A stretch of 62,998 bases of DNA, filler included, from Circinaria calcarea (GCA_051942165.1; 48 parts of 48 records of this genome joined end to end with filler, not necessarily neighbours in it); one strand, 5' to 3'; positions 23,693 to 37,124 are shown, counted from the first letter of the whole stretch. The notes: a model not told the origin generated them from the sequence alone. Made by a program: numbers and translations.

Positions 23693-24927
23693 NNNNNNNN
23701 NNNNNNNNNNNNNNNNNNNNNNNNNNNNNNNNNNNNTTAATTAATTAANNNNNNNNNNNNNNNNNNNNNNNNNNNNNNNNNNNNNNNNNNNNGTTTCCGG
23801 GTAATGTGTGCTCTCTTCGGTGATGTACCTTCTGAAACGCCGGCGTGGAGGCGAGTAATGCAACCATACGTCTCGTTAGACATTCAAACTCCTCCTTCGC
23901 GGCTCAAGGAGGTCGAAAGAAGAAGGTCGAAAGGAAAAGGTCATAATGATGCATGTCACTTAGATATTTCCGCCTACCATGCCAATAGCATAGGCGAGTA
24001 GGGTGATTGAGTAATCGCTATCATAATATCTGGTAGTATGATGGTAGGCGTAGAGCATTCTTTACTTGACGCGTTGATTGACATTGGTCTCGAAAATAGG
24101 ATTTCTCCAAACAAGGCTTTTGGACGTGACAAAACGTGTATATGGCTACGCCCGTGCCTTAGGCTCTCCATCTCTCCCTTTGATTTACCTCCTTAGTGCC
24201 TTAGTGAGGTTGCGTTGGGCGTAATTGGCAATCGACGCATTCGTCATCCATGCAATGCAACCACAACATTGAGTACTAACTCTTAGGGTGGGGTGGGGGT
24301 AAATGTTCCAAGTCCTAAATAGACCGTGTCGAGTTAGAATTTTGGGTCTTGAATGAGCGATAGTGAGGTCGTATATGAATGATTAAAGATAAATAGAAGA
24401 TGTACGATCGTGCGTTCCTAGCCCAGGCTTTTAGATTAGCAAATCTTCTACTAGATAAAAGTCGTATAAGAAGGAAGTAGAACATAGAGTGGGCAGGACG
24501 GTATCAGAAGTCCGATTAGATCATCGAAGCCGGTGAGGGCTTCTGACATAAGAGGTACCAGAAATATTGTGTAATTGGTAATATCATCAGGAGATGCTGC
24601 GAGATCGAGATGCCGGGGTGCCTAATTGGGACTCACATTGACAATCGAGTACAATACGGTTAAGTCAGAAGAGCTGTAGTCTTCTTTTCTCTTCATGTGG
24701 GTGCTCATGTTCCAGGTAGAGTTATGAGAATACTTCACCACGCATCGTCCATCCAAGGCGTGATGTGATAAAACATTCAACTTGGATGTTGATTGAAAAA
24801 TATTGAATCCGCAAAATTATCTCAGCATCTCGCTTAATATTGGCACTACACTAAGCCTTACGCACTCAACGACATCTTCTACCAAATAGAAGAAGCTACA
24901 ACCTCCGACTTTGAGAGTACAGCAATC

Positions 24928-25008
24928 ATGGGTCGCCTTCACAGCAATGGTAAAGGCATATCAGCCAGCGCAATTCCCTATTCACGTACGCCCCCAGCTT
25001 GGCTTAAG
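24928..25008 (+). CDS. RPS13: 40S ribosomal protein S13 (uS15), first exon
   Basis: [27 protein letters not shown] followed by GT. Confidence 0.95.
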
Positions 25009-25697
25009 GTNNNNNNNNNNNNNNNNNNNNNNNNNNNNNNNNNNNNNNNNNNNNTTAATTAATTAANNNNNNNNNNNNNNNNNNNNNNNNNNNNNNNNNN
25101 NNNNNNNNNNGGATAGGAAAAACGCGCGGTATATTAATTCTTTATATATATATAAAGAGTATATAATCGAGTATGTTATAATTTTTTTACAAAAATAAAA
25201 GTTAAGATCTAAAGAGGTAATTAAGCTAGATTTAAAGAAATAAAATAGCTAGGCCTAAAGAGATAAAATAACTAGGCCTAAGGAGATAAAATAGCTAGGC
25301 CAGAAAGCGTAAAAAATTAAATTTTTTATAATAATCTTAAGTATTCTGCTATGATTCCGGTAGAATTTTACTCGGATCGGACCGGGTCGTGCCCAGATTT
25401 AAACCCTTCAATATCGTTCCTTTGGTTTCAGGGCATTCGGCGACCCCGATTTATCTTTTTAAGAAATCCTTTATACCTTTAACTGTTCTCAAATATTATT
25501 TATATAAACAATTAGCCAGCAGCCTTAAAAGAATTATTAGGCATGGCTGTCTAAATTCTATTTAATAAATGATTCTTGAACGTTATAAATCCGGTCCAGG
25601 TAGAGAAAAACCTAAATTATATTATTAGTAATCGAGTAATAAAGCTATCGAAAACAGTGTTAATCAGACTCGGTCAGAAACCTCAGCGCGGCTACCG

Positions 25698-26325
25698 CTA
25701 AAGGACCGTGGCCTTCGCGATGAACATCCTATTGAATCCCTGCATCTGCTCGGGGGCATCGATTGGCTCTGGATACTCCCTCACGTCAACGTTGGTGCAA
25801 CCAGCAGCAGTCATATCAGCGTGGATGTCGTAGATGGAAAAGCCAGGCCACATTTTCGGCCCTTGGGATAGTTTGGTCATATCCGCTGCATCATACTTGT
25901 GGTCTCCTCCGTGATGCTCAGCAGCATGGCTGCCGTCGGTTGTGGAGGATTGCTGCAGGAAATCAACAACGACAAGCGCACCGCCCCGTCTAACCCGCTT
26001 CCGTAACCGCGACAGAAAACCGGCCGGGTCTTTGACATGGTGAAGAGCCATGCTGATAATGGCGGCATCAAATTCGGACCATTCAGGCTCACTCAAGACA
26101 GGCTACGGATCATTGAGGTCGCCTTGAATAGCAAACATCCGGTCGCGAGGCTCACCCAGCAGCTTGGTAGCTTCGTCGTTGAAACGCTGGACCTGCGAAG
26201 TAGCGATATCCAGGCCTTGGAAGACGGCTTCCGGGAATGCAGTCAGAAGTGCCTTTAATGTCTGTTAGTAGACTTTGAATAAATCCGCGCTAATGGTACT
26301 TACGCTCGATACAGTGCCATTGCCA
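25698..26325 (-). pseudogene. Class I SAM-dependent methyltransferase with in-frame TAG at 26103-26105 (intron 26253-26303)
   Basis: GNGTVS / GLDI...QGDL / FDAAIISMALHHVKDP...RGGALVVVDF. Confidence 0.75.
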
Positions 26326-26779
26326 NNNNNNNNNNNNNNNNNNNNNNNNNNNNNNNNNNNNNNNNNNNNTTAATTAATTAANNNNNNNNNNNNNNNNNNN
26401 NNNNNNNNNNNNNNNNNNNNNNNNNCTGAAGCTTATGTTGGCTTATGTTTTATTGCATTATAACTTTGAGATGCTGCCGAAGCGGCCGTCCGATTCTTGG
26501 GTGGGGATTTTGCGCATTCCCTCGCCCAGCGCCAAAATACGAGTAAAGCGGAGGAAGGCATCGGAAGTTCCAGTGTTTCGATTCTCGATAAATAATATGA
26601 ATTGGGCATAATCGTCTGCGATATTGTGAAAACGGAAGCATAATATAGGGGTATGACCAGGCCTAATATAGCGTATTCCGTATGAATAATTGAATGCATT
26701 CCTTTATGCCACGAAAACTGAACTATAGCCCTCTATTATAATGCGCGCTCCGTATATTATAACCAAAATTCATGCTTTT

Positions 26780-27146
26780 TGTAAGGGCGCTGCAATCCTT
26801 GGGGCCTATTAAGGAATATGATAGGTCCCGATTGGTAATAGCACGGTTATATAGAGTGTAGTTGAACTATTACCTTAGGCTTAATATAAAAGGAGTATAT
26901 TGAACTCATTATGGTTTTATAAGCATATTATTCTAAAGAGCGCCGAATAGTCTGTATATATAATAGTCTAAGTACCTTAAGCACCTGGAGCACCATTTTA
27001 CTCCTTCCGCTCACTCTACTTAGCCTAAGTATCTTGAGCACCCGGAATACCGCTCTGCTCCCTCCGCTCACTCTGCTCACTCACGTGGGCAAACCTACTA
27101 GTCCGTATTGGTCCTGGACCCTGAGTATGGCATGGCGCCATAACAA
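26780..27146 (-). mobile_element. Full-length LTR of family A (367 bp, TGTTATGGCG...CCCTTACA), AT-shifted
   Basis: TG...CA termini; homology to five other copies. Confidence 0.85.
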
Positions 27147-27740
27147 GTAGTTACTTCCTTTCTGATGATACTAACACTCCATGTTGCTTCCGATCTCTAT
27201 GGAAATGTAAATGCCAGCAGGAGCTTTTCCACTTCATATATTCATAACTGGCATCGTTATCTCTGTCGATAAATCCTTAGGCCTTCATAACCGTATCCTG
27301 GAGCTTCTGTTTTCGTATCTTGAGACGGTTATAATGTAGCACTCGCAATACAGCATATGAGGGACACTGCTTCGTTATTATACTTGGAACACCCAGATCT
27401 AAGGTATTAATATTATTTGGACATGTAAATTTCCTGGAAAAATTAGCTTATATGTTGGAGAATTCCTTATAAGAAACATATGCTTCGATGTTGTTGCCCA
27501 TAATAATCCAATTCGATGCAGCACTTCGCGTTTCGTCGGTAATACAACGCCTCCGCTTTATTCGTAAGTGGGTTATTTATCAGGGGTTTATTTACTTTGC
27601 GTCGCACGAAAGCACCTCCTCGAAAGTATAAATATGATAGNNNNNNNNNNNNNNNNNNNNNNNNNNNNNNNNNNNNNNNNNNNNTTAATTAATTAANNNN
27701 NNNNNNNNNNNNNNNNNNNNNNNNNNNNNNNNNNNNNNNN

Positions 27741-28070
27741 ACTGCTGATGACTCCCTGGCCGGTGGCGGCCTTCATCCAGACTTCGACAACGCCGAAGAA
27801 TATGTAGAAGTTGGATTGGATCGTTGGGGTCTCGCCTCGCATGGTGATGGCCATTCCGGCGCCATCGGTTCCGTACTGGACAGTGCCTCCCGTGGTGTTC
27901 CACACAGCGGAGTCGGCGGTCGATTTGGAAAAATCAAAGGTGTAGTTCATGCCCAATGCGGGGTTGGTAGGGCAGTTGGTGCTGTTCAGGGGATTGCAAG
28001 CTGTCCATGTTTGCGCTTGAACGACTGCAAGCAGCGGTGCGAGGAAAAAGAATGAGATCGTTGACAGCAT
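27741..28070 (-). CDS. GH16 Crh/Crf1-type chitin transglycosylase, N-terminus
   Basis: Signal peptide, then AQTWTACNPL...CPTNPALG...PTIQSNFYIFFGVVEVWMKAATGQGVISS. Confidence 0.9.
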
Positions 28071-28474
28071 GGTGTTAATGAGTAGAAAGTAAAGAAATCC
28101 AAGGAGCGACTTGTGTCAAGCAGACGCAGCTGCAGGAAGGGGAAGGGGAAAAAGTAAGGAAAGGACTGTGCGGAAAGTCGCACGACGCTGTGATGAAGAA
28201 TGAAGGTTGACGGGGCTTCACATACCTTCAAGAATGTGGATTGATATTCGAGTCCCAAGACTCGATAAGGGTTCAGATGAAAGGAGATCGTGGGGTTTTC
28301 ATCCGCCTATGCCCTGCGTTAGCGTGTTTACGATTGACGCCGATTCCCGAGGACCAATCGATGTCCTTCACCAGCAATGGCCTCCTCCACCGTTTCGGGT
28401 GGCCGGTGTCTAAATAATAGGAAGCCTTCACGTGGTTATTAACGAGAAGGAGTTCGTTCGATTCCAACGGCCAT

Positions 28475-28955
28475 CTCCTATTAATATCACTACGCGTTTG
28501 GCCCGTGGCAGTATTATATATATAACTCGACTATAATACTTATAACGCGCGCCAGCGCGCTGTTATGGCGCGACGCCATACCCTGGCAGGCCGAGTGCCG
28601 GAACGGGGTAACCAGGAGCCGGGCGCTCCCGGGTGCTCCCAGGACTTGGCAGGGAGCAGTGGGAATACGTCATGTGTTATATTCCCGATAGCTTCTAGGG
28701 ATCCTAGGGAGCAACAGGATCATTAAAAAATATTATTTTTTATATTTTTTTAAAATTTTTTCTTATATTATATTACTTATTTAATTTATATTATATTATT
28801 TATTAATACGCGGGCTCCATTCTACGCGTTATAGCGTATTTAATAATATATTACGCGTTTTAGGGCATTGCGCGCTGGCGCGCGTTATAAGTATTATAGT
28901 CGAGTTATATATATAATACTGCCACGGGCCAAACGCGTAGTGATATTAATAGGAG
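28475..28955. repeat. Perfect 86-bp inverted repeat (28475-28560 and 28870-28955)
   Basis: Arms compared by eye; the right arm ends at the contig edge. Confidence 0.9.
28561..28670 (+). mobile_element. LTR family A, 5' fragment
   Basis: TGTTATGGCGCGACGCCATACCC... closely matches 57491. Confidence 0.8.
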
Positions 28956-29348
28956 NNNNNNNNNNNNNNNNNNNNNNNNNNNNNNNNNNNNNNNNNNNNT
29001 TAATTAATTAANNNNNNNNNNNNNNNNNNNNNNNNNNNNNNNNNNNNNNNNNNNNGTCCAGGGTTAGCACATGAATGTTCCTCACATGTGCATGAAAGGA
29101 AATTCGAGTCGGGGTCGTGGCACCGCTTTCACGCCCGATGGGTATCTCGGGCACAATGCTCTCCAGCTGCCTTGAGCCTTTTATGAAGCATTATAAGCTT
29201 GGGGTGTGGCACAGAATAGGCAGTGTACCGTGATGAGATGTCTTCAATTTGGTATTTAATGAGGAGGAGGTGTCTCACGTATCTATATCCATTTCCGACT
29301 AATCGACAGCCTCGCGGCTGACTTCTTCGTTTTTGTCTCCAACCCGTT

Positions 29349-29858
29349 ATGGCGAACTATATACCGCCTCAGGAGGGTCTGCTCGCACGGTGGCTCTTAT
29401 TCGTATGTTTCTACCTTATCGCGAGCATGTGGCTTAGAATCTCGATCGAGTCGTCGAGTTACTCGGCCACTCTTTCAAAGCTAACTGGGTGAATACAGAC
29501 ATCTATCATCGCGGTGTTCAACTCCCTACAAAGCTACTTCACCGTCAAACTCACCCAGCGGATGTACGATGGCCCTGCCGCCATCTCCAAGAATCAAGTC
29601 ACCCCTCTTGCAGCACGGCTCTTTGGGACCTGGACATTTTTGGCGGGGATTATCCGGATATACGCGGCGTACCGGATCAACAACGGGGACTGGTACACGC
29701 TTGCGCTATGGACATATGTCATTGCTCTCGCCCACTTTTCCAGCGAATGGCTGATTTTTGGCACAATGAGGGCTGGGAAAGGGTTACTGCTATCTGGATG
29801 TACGGCCATAGGGAGTTTGGTCTGGATGTTGGCACAATGGAGCAGTTATATCAAATAG
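29349..29858 (+). CDS. ERG28: Ergosterol biosynthesis protein Erg28, complete; intron 29403-29498
   Basis: PPQEGLLARWLLF / NSLQSY...VTPLAARLFGTWT...HFSSEWLIFGT. Confidence 0.95.
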
Positions 29859-30369
29859 AAGGTTATTAGCAAAGGAAGGCATCAAATACAATGTATATTT
29901 GTTTTTCTGAGCTTACTGGGGTATGTTTATATGCGCCTTGGCAGTCCGGACTGGACTGGGCTGGCAAGCCAATCTCAGTCTAGGAACTACTGGCAGCGCT
30001 GATCGAGGGAACACCGAGAGACCATGACGGAGCAACGGGAAAACAACATCTCCGTCATGTCCTCGTGAGCCCTAGTCTCCCCTCCCAGCCTCTTATCCAC
30101 CACGAAGTCAGGATCGAAAGCCCCTCTCCGGTACCCTCGAACCATATCTACTAGCAGGTTCAATTTCCATTCAAGCCTCATCCCATTCCGAAGGCGACCA
30201 CTGTCCCTATGCGAATAGTCCTTGGAATTTGGTATGGTTGACTTGTTTGTCCATGTGTTGGTTATATTTNNNNNNNNNNNNNNNNNNNNNNNNNNNNNNN
30301 NNNNNNNNNNNNNTTAATTAATTAANNNNNNNNNNNNNNNNNNNNNNNNNNNNNNNNNNNNNNNNNNNN

Positions 30370-31583
30370 GTCGTCTGCGGCAAGGGTGCGGTACCGGATC
30401 TCTGTGGAGGTCGGAATTGGGGTGGGAAGTAGTCATTTCGCGGCTGCCTATTTGGAGCCGTGAAGCTACGACGCGATGGAATGCCTGTGGAGGTTGGCAT
30501 AGGTGGTACATCGATGGGTAAGGTGGTTATGTGCGGGTCGTATGCAATGTAACGGTTGCCGCTTGAAGAGCGATTCATGTTGCTTGATGGGGGTTGAGAC
30601 TGCATCTCGTATTCTGGAACCGGGGTCCGACGACCCATTTGTGATGTTGGTAGGTATGAATGTAGTGGATAATCGGAATTCACGGGCCTTCTACGACCTT
30701 GAGTGGCAATTGGTGGATATCCAGGTATAGGTCGTTCATTCGCCGAGTAAATACTCGCATCAGTATCTTGCCGGGTTGGAAGGTTGAACGTGAAATTCGC
30801 GTTAGGTTGACAATCGGTAGATTCGGTGTTCTGTCGGGTTAGAGGAGCTGATGGTGGAGGGCGGGAAAAGGAATAGTATGATCTTTGCGACCTTTGTGAC
30901 ATATTCGTTGTGATTTGGCCCACCGATGGCCTAACCCCGAGTACACTACGATCAGAGGCCATCCTAGCGGGGAGTGAAGCGGAGTGGATTTGCCCTGGAC
31001 GATCGTGGCCTATCGCCATTGCTCCATCAATGAGCGGTACATCCGAAGTATAACTTCTACTCGAGAAACTAGAGAACTGCGTATTCGATCTCGACGGTGG
31101 TGGTAGTCGGCTGGGGCCGACTGTAACATCGGGAAGAGTGGGTTGTCGGTAAAGCTTCGGAGCGGCATCATCATTACGGGTAACTGAACCTGAAGTATAC
31201 GGCGGAAGCGTTGCTTGAGTAGTCTGTCTTGACAGCATCGGCATCTGGGGGAGCTTATCCTCATTTTCGGTGGATAGCAGAGGTATGGTGGGTTGCCTCT
31301 TGAGCTGACCAGGTCCGACTCCAGATTTAAGATCTTCCTTTGATATGTTCATCTCTCCTTTCTCCAAAGCCTTCTTGATCTTAACTCCAACAATCTTTTG
31401 AAGCCTGCTATCAATCTTGCGTTTGCAGAATCCAGAAAGACCTCGATCCGCGCTTGGGATGTGATGGTATAGAAATGTGATGTAGATCAAGCACGCCGCA
31501 GCAAGGCTTAAAGCAGAGATCACCCAGATAATCAAGGTAAAGAGCATGCCAAAGAGAATCGCAGCTCGCTCTCGGTTCGAATT
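30370..31583 (-). CDS. Kch1/Prm6-family membrane protein, last TM segment and disordered tail
   Basis: AILFGMLFTLIIWVISAL...FLYHHIP...FCKRKIDSRLQKIV. Confidence 0.72.
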
Positions 31584-31804
31584 NNNNNNNNNNNNNNNNN
31601 NNNNNNNNNNNNNNNNNNNNNNNNNNNTTAATTAATTAANNNNNNNNNNNNNNNNNNNNNNNNNNNNNNNNNNNNNNNNNNNNGGCTTTGCTTGACCTGA
31701 CTTGACTGACCAACACAATTACCATGGGGACTTGATCACTCGACAACGTCACTTTGGGCGGTTGTTCTGTATTCTGTTGCTTCCTGCAGCCTCATTGACC
31801 GATC

Positions 31805-32897
31805 ATGTCACTATCCGTCAGGCATCTCAACGCCGACAGTACGTTCCTTCTAACCTTTTCGTCTTCCGAACAACCACATCTGTCTTCTCCGAGCGATTCG
31901 ATCAAACCCGTCACCTTTACCATCCTCCTCGATCCATGGCTTTCCGGTCCTTCGGATGTCTTCCACGCCAAATTCGCTTCCGCTCGCCACACGGTTCCTT
32001 CTTGCATCGATCATCTGTCCGAAATCGCCCCTCCGAATGTAGTCCTGATATCGCAAGACAAGTCGGACCACTGTCATGAAAAGACTCTCCGCCAACTCGA
32101 CCCACTATGCGATACCATCATCCTCGCGCAACCAGCGGCAGCGAAGAAGATTCGCGGCTGGAAGCACTTTGATCCCTCCCGAGTCCACGCCCTTCCCATC
32201 TTTTCGGATAGACGCCCCGATTCCATCGTCCGCTTTTCACTGCCTTCGCCGGAACCTGGCGCGATCTCGGGAGAAGTCACAATCGCTTTCATGAACGCCA
32301 GGCGCGACATAACCGGCTTGCACAATGCGATCGGCATCACGTACCGTCCACCGTCTACCTTCTCGACATCATCCCGTTACTCTTCCACGCCATCTTCCTC
32401 ATCCTCTGCGAAAGAACCGTTCTTCAGTCTTCCTGTCCAAGACTATACTTATGCCGACAACTGGCCTCTGTCACCTCCCGGCTCACCCGGTAGCAATAGC
32501 GACATTTCTTACTCCACAGCCGCCCCATCCTCCCACACCTCGACACTCTCCTCACGCAGCAACACCAGCTCTATCTCTACCACTCACTCCCTTCCCACAT
32601 ACAATGCACCTCACCTTCCCAAAACCCTTTCCGTCATCTATTCTCCGCATGGAGTCACATATTCATATATCCTACCTTATGCCACAACGCATCTCATCTC
32701 TCGCGCCGCCCTTCCTCTAACACTTCTCCTCCACTCATTCGATCGTGTCCAGAACTCTTGGTATCTCGGCGGCAACATTAATGCGGGGATGCCCGGAGGG
32801 CTGGCCATTGCACATAACTTGCTTGCAAGATATTGGATAGGGGCGCACGATGAGGACAAAGAGAATACTGGAGTCAGCGTGCAGCAGGTCAAGACGA
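31805..32897 (+). CDS. Fungal metallo-beta-lactamase-fold protein (3' partial)
   Basis: RHLNADSTFLL, ILLDPWL, ISQDKSDHCH, YSPHG, WIGAHDE. Confidence 0.78.
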
Positions 32898-32997
32898 NNN
32901 NNNNNNNNNNNNNNNNNNNNNNNNNNNNNNNNNNNNNNNNNTTAATTAATTAANNNNNNNNNNNNNNNNNNNNNNNNNNNNNNNNNNNNNNNNNNNN

Positions 32998-33190
32998 CGT
33001 CCGGAGATAATATCGATTAAAGGGAATTATTATATAATTATCTAATATATCTGGAGATAATATTAATTAAAAAGAATTATAATAATAATTATCTAATACG
33101 TCCGGAAATAATATCGGTTAAAAAAAGCTATAATAATAATTATTTAAGGCTTTCAGAAATATATATATAAAGAATTTTATAATAATTATT
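32998..33190. repeat. Degenerate AT-rich tandem repeat of about 50 bp
   Basis: Recurring CCGGAGATAATATCGATTAAA...ATAATTATCTAATA variants. Confidence 0.6.
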
Positions 33191-33960
33191 CATAATATTA
33201 TATATTCACACGTTATAAACGCGGTCCCGAATATACTTCCGGGCGATATATATATTTTTCGAGTAAACGCCTTTTAGACGCCAGACGCCTCTTTTTTTTT
33301 TTTTTTTTTTTACTTCATTAAGTTCTTTTCGACTATTCTCTTTTAATATAAGTCGATCTCTCGATCAGATAACACCTATTATTATCTAGAAGCTATATCG
33401 CGCCCTCGCTCGCGTTATTACACCTGACTTACTCATTATTTTTATTTATCAGCCGCCCGTTATAGCTAATTCAACTCATTAATATATAATTCTACTCCGT
33501 GCGCGAAAGGTCGGATTATATAGGTTTTCTGAGGCCTACAACGCCTACGACCAATCCTCCGGGGGAGAATTAAAAGGAGGCTAGGTCATAGGGGTAGAAC
33601 CCGCAGGGGGCGGAACCGGAATAGGACTAGCGTAATGGTAGTTATATATAGTCTACCAGTACACCTCCATAGTAATATAACCGACCAGAGGTCTTTCCAC
33701 TGCCTCCCATATACCGTTGTAATTCAACTGATCTCTTAAATAATATATATTTCGGTAAGCCTTATAATTTCCAATAATATAGGGAAAGCACGCCGTATAG
33801 CATGGAAAGAGCACGCCGTATAATATAGAAAGAGCACGCCGTATAATATGGAAAAAGCACGTAATATAATATAGCAATAGCACGCGGTATAATATAAAAT
33901 ATTTATTAAACGCTAGGGTTAAATGGGCCTAAGCGGCCCACTTAACCCTAACGGGCTGAG

Positions 33961-34210
33961 TGTTATGGCGTGCCCGCCCTGACATGCGCTAGGCCCGGTT
34001 GGGGTAGGACCACGGGTCGGGGGAACCTCCACCGTGGGAATGCTCAGGGTGCTCATGGTGCTCATGAGGGTGAGCAGGGTGAGCAGAGTGAGCAGAATGC
34101 TCAGGGTGCTCATGGTGCTCAGGAAGGTGAGCACAGTGAGCAGAGTGTTATATATAGCAGGCTATTCCCGCTCTTTAGAATAGCATGTTTATAGACCGTG
34201 TTCAATAGAC
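33961..34210 (+). mobile_element. LTR family A, 5' part with a variant U3
   Basis: TGTTATGGCG start; ends in the TTATAGACCGTGTTCAATAGAC shared with 9270. Confidence 0.82.
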
Positions 34211-36935
34211 NNNNNNNNNNNNNNNNNNNNNNNNNNNNNNNNNNNNNNNNNNNNTTAATTAATTAANNNNNNNNNNNNNNNNNNNNNNNNNNNNNNNNNN
34301 NNNNNNNNNNGGGTGAGGTGAAGGGGGAGGGTGAGGTAGGATGGGCCCGGTGGATAGAATAAGGTTCGTGGAGTTGCACGCAGGGGAAATGTAAGGGCCG
34401 TTAAAAACGTTGAGGACGGAGGGGCGGAGAGACAGAGGCCGAAAGAATCTCGGTTTTTGGGCAAAACCAGTGCGGGAGCGAAAAGAGTACGGTGGATAGC
34501 CACAAGCCCCCACGGATGCTGGTATCCTTGGCGGTATTCCAAATCGTACCATGGGCAAAAGGCTCGAAATGATTTAGAGGTTGGGTATGAACAAATTCCT
34601 TGAAACCTGGTTGGAGATTGGGGAGAGGGAAAGAGTAGAGACAGGGGGAGGGTAAGCGAAGGATTCTTTGATCGCGAGGGAGTATGCTAGGGGTATGGAG
34701 GGAGATGAACTGCGTGCAGGGAAATGGGGATGGTTATTGTAGTGGAGCCAAGGCGACTCGTGACCGGGACGCGCATATGGAATGGGCAGGCAGGCATGGA
34801 GGACATGTACATCGTTCAACACATAGTAGAGCAGCATAGCAGTCAGAAATGCAATACTGGAACCGGTCCCGATACTTTTTCTATATGTGCATTATACTGT
34901 AGCAGTTAGTTCATGCCATATACCCTTTGATTCTTCATTATTCAGGCCCTCCGCGACCCATTCTCGACAGCGTCTTTGCCGATACCTTAGCAGCATAGCG
35001 GAGCATCCTATTTCCTCCACATTATAGGGGGAGAGACGTTGAGATGGAGAAACGGGGCGGAGGGGGAGGGATTCATATAACTTAAAAGGTGGCAGGGAAG
35101 AACGAACTGTATGAATCGAATCGTTAAAAAAAACTTGAAAAGGGAACCACTTAAGTCCGCGACCCGCGTGGAGGAGGAGGGCAAAGGGGAAAATATTTCC
35201 CCCAAGCAACAAAATTAGTCCTCTCTCTTCCTTTTTTCCCCCCTTTCGTTCTGTTCTCTGCAACGGATCACCCAAACCGGGCAGGATCAAGCAGAGCGTT
35301 CAAGAACGCAAAAAGCCGCTTCGGATTTTTCCATCTAAATCACCGTTTTCTGCCCTAATTTTTATAAGAAAAGGGGAAAAAGAAAGAATGAAAGAAAGAA
35401 AGAAGAAAAACAACTCAAGGGCCCCCCCATCCCCTATAATACCCTTACCCTCCAGAAACTCCAAACAAACTGTGACGGCAAACGGCAAAACGCCAGAAGG
35501 GGAGGAAAGAAAATACATGTCCNNNNNNNNNNNNNNNNNNNNNNNNNNNNNNNNNNNNNNNNNNNNTTAATTAATTAANNNNNNNNNNNNNNNNNNNNNN
35601 NNNNNNNNNNNNNNNNNNNNNNGAGACAGCTCCTTCCGCAGCCCTTAACCCCCCACCTTCCTCAACTCAACCACAAAAATTCTAGCTCGAACCCCAACCT
35701 ATATCACCCGCAGCACCTTCTCCCACCTCCAAGAAACCGCCGATAAAATAAACCTCCTAAGTAAGCCACGGAGTGGGGGTGAGTCGGCGGCCGACCCCAA
35801 CCCAACTTAATTCAAAACTTCTAAGATGTATCCTGAGCAGCCAGCCCTAGCACTCTAGCCTGGCCCCCTAGCCCCTCGAGCACGGGCACGGGACAAAGAA
35901 AAGGAAAAGGAAAGGAGTGTTTTCCTATGAGCTGGGAACTTTGGGGAAGTGGAATTTGTTTATAAACGACGAGGCGAGCATCCTTTCCCACCCTTCTACT
36001 TCCAAGCGCTAGACTTAGATCTAGATCTACACCCGTTAGTCCAATACCGTGCGCCTTGCATCAGGAAACGGGAAAAAGAAAAGCCAGCCAGCCAGTAAAG
36101 CGGCCTCCCCCCCCTCCAATACCTTCCGCCTGCTCTATGCAGATGCACATATCAAAGGCCCCCTTTAGTGCCAACGGCTACTAGTTATAGGCAATTCTAG
36201 CATTTCGGTACTCGCGCGAGCATGAGCATGAGCATGAGCATGAGCAATAAGATATAGGGAATAGGGTTAGAGTTTCTAGGGATCTGAGATGGTTTCATGG
36301 GGTTGAGTGGGGGAATGGAAGGGTGGAAGGGGAGAGGAAGGAGGGATAATGTTGGAAGTCATAGGGCTTATCGAAGCATGTGTTGCTTAGGAGGTCCATG
36401 CTCAATACTTCCTACACACACCATAAAAGCACCTTTTCGTAGTATAGGTAGTTACTCAGTTATATACTCAGGTAGTAATGCCACCATACGTTCTACTGCT
36501 CAACAGATAAAGGGAGAGGTGAGATTAGGAGAGAGAGGCGAAAGAGGAAGGCGTGGGAAAGAAGTGAGAGGAGAGGGAGGCGGGGGGGTGACCTGAAATT
36601 TCACCAAGCAGATATTTAACCAGTAGGAGTATACAACTATCAGCAAATAGGCGATAAATATTTTCGAATTCTTTCCAAAAGCATATTTCGAAGGAATGGC
36701 ATTCCTACCAAGAATGTACGGCGCGAATCTCTGTCCACGCACCCGGATTTATACCATTCCAAGCTTCTACGCACACCCTACCGTATCACTTACGCAACCC
36801 CTTATTACTTCTATATACTCACCCCCCTTTTATCNNNNNNNNNNNNNNNNNNNNNNNNNNNNNNNNNNNNNNNNNNNNTTAATTAATTAANNNNNNNNNN
36901 NNNNNNNNNNNNNNNNNNNNNNNNNNNNNNNNNNC

Positions 36936-37124
36936 CCACCATCCTTTGTTGCGTCCCCGTTCCCGTATACAGAATCTTCTCCCGGTGGTATACTGGAGCA
37001 AGCTTGGATGATGAAGATGGCCGGGGAGATTGCGAGGCGGATCCAGGACCAGAAAGGGGCAGATGGCGGCTTCCCGGAGAGGGATCAGCAGGAAGATATC
37101 CCGCCGCCAGCTTATGGACTGTGA
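36936..37124 (+). CDS. C-terminus of a fungal hypothetical protein
   Basis: [23 protein letters not shown]...PPPAYGL*. Confidence 0.55.
   Translation, partial: PPSFVASPFPYTESSPGGILEQAWMMKMAGEIARRIQDQKGADGGFPERDQQEDIPPPAYGL

Noticed and set aside
13236..26325. P450, LPMO, HET, TPR and methyltransferase as a gene cluster
   Set aside because: They lie on separate contigs ordered only by length
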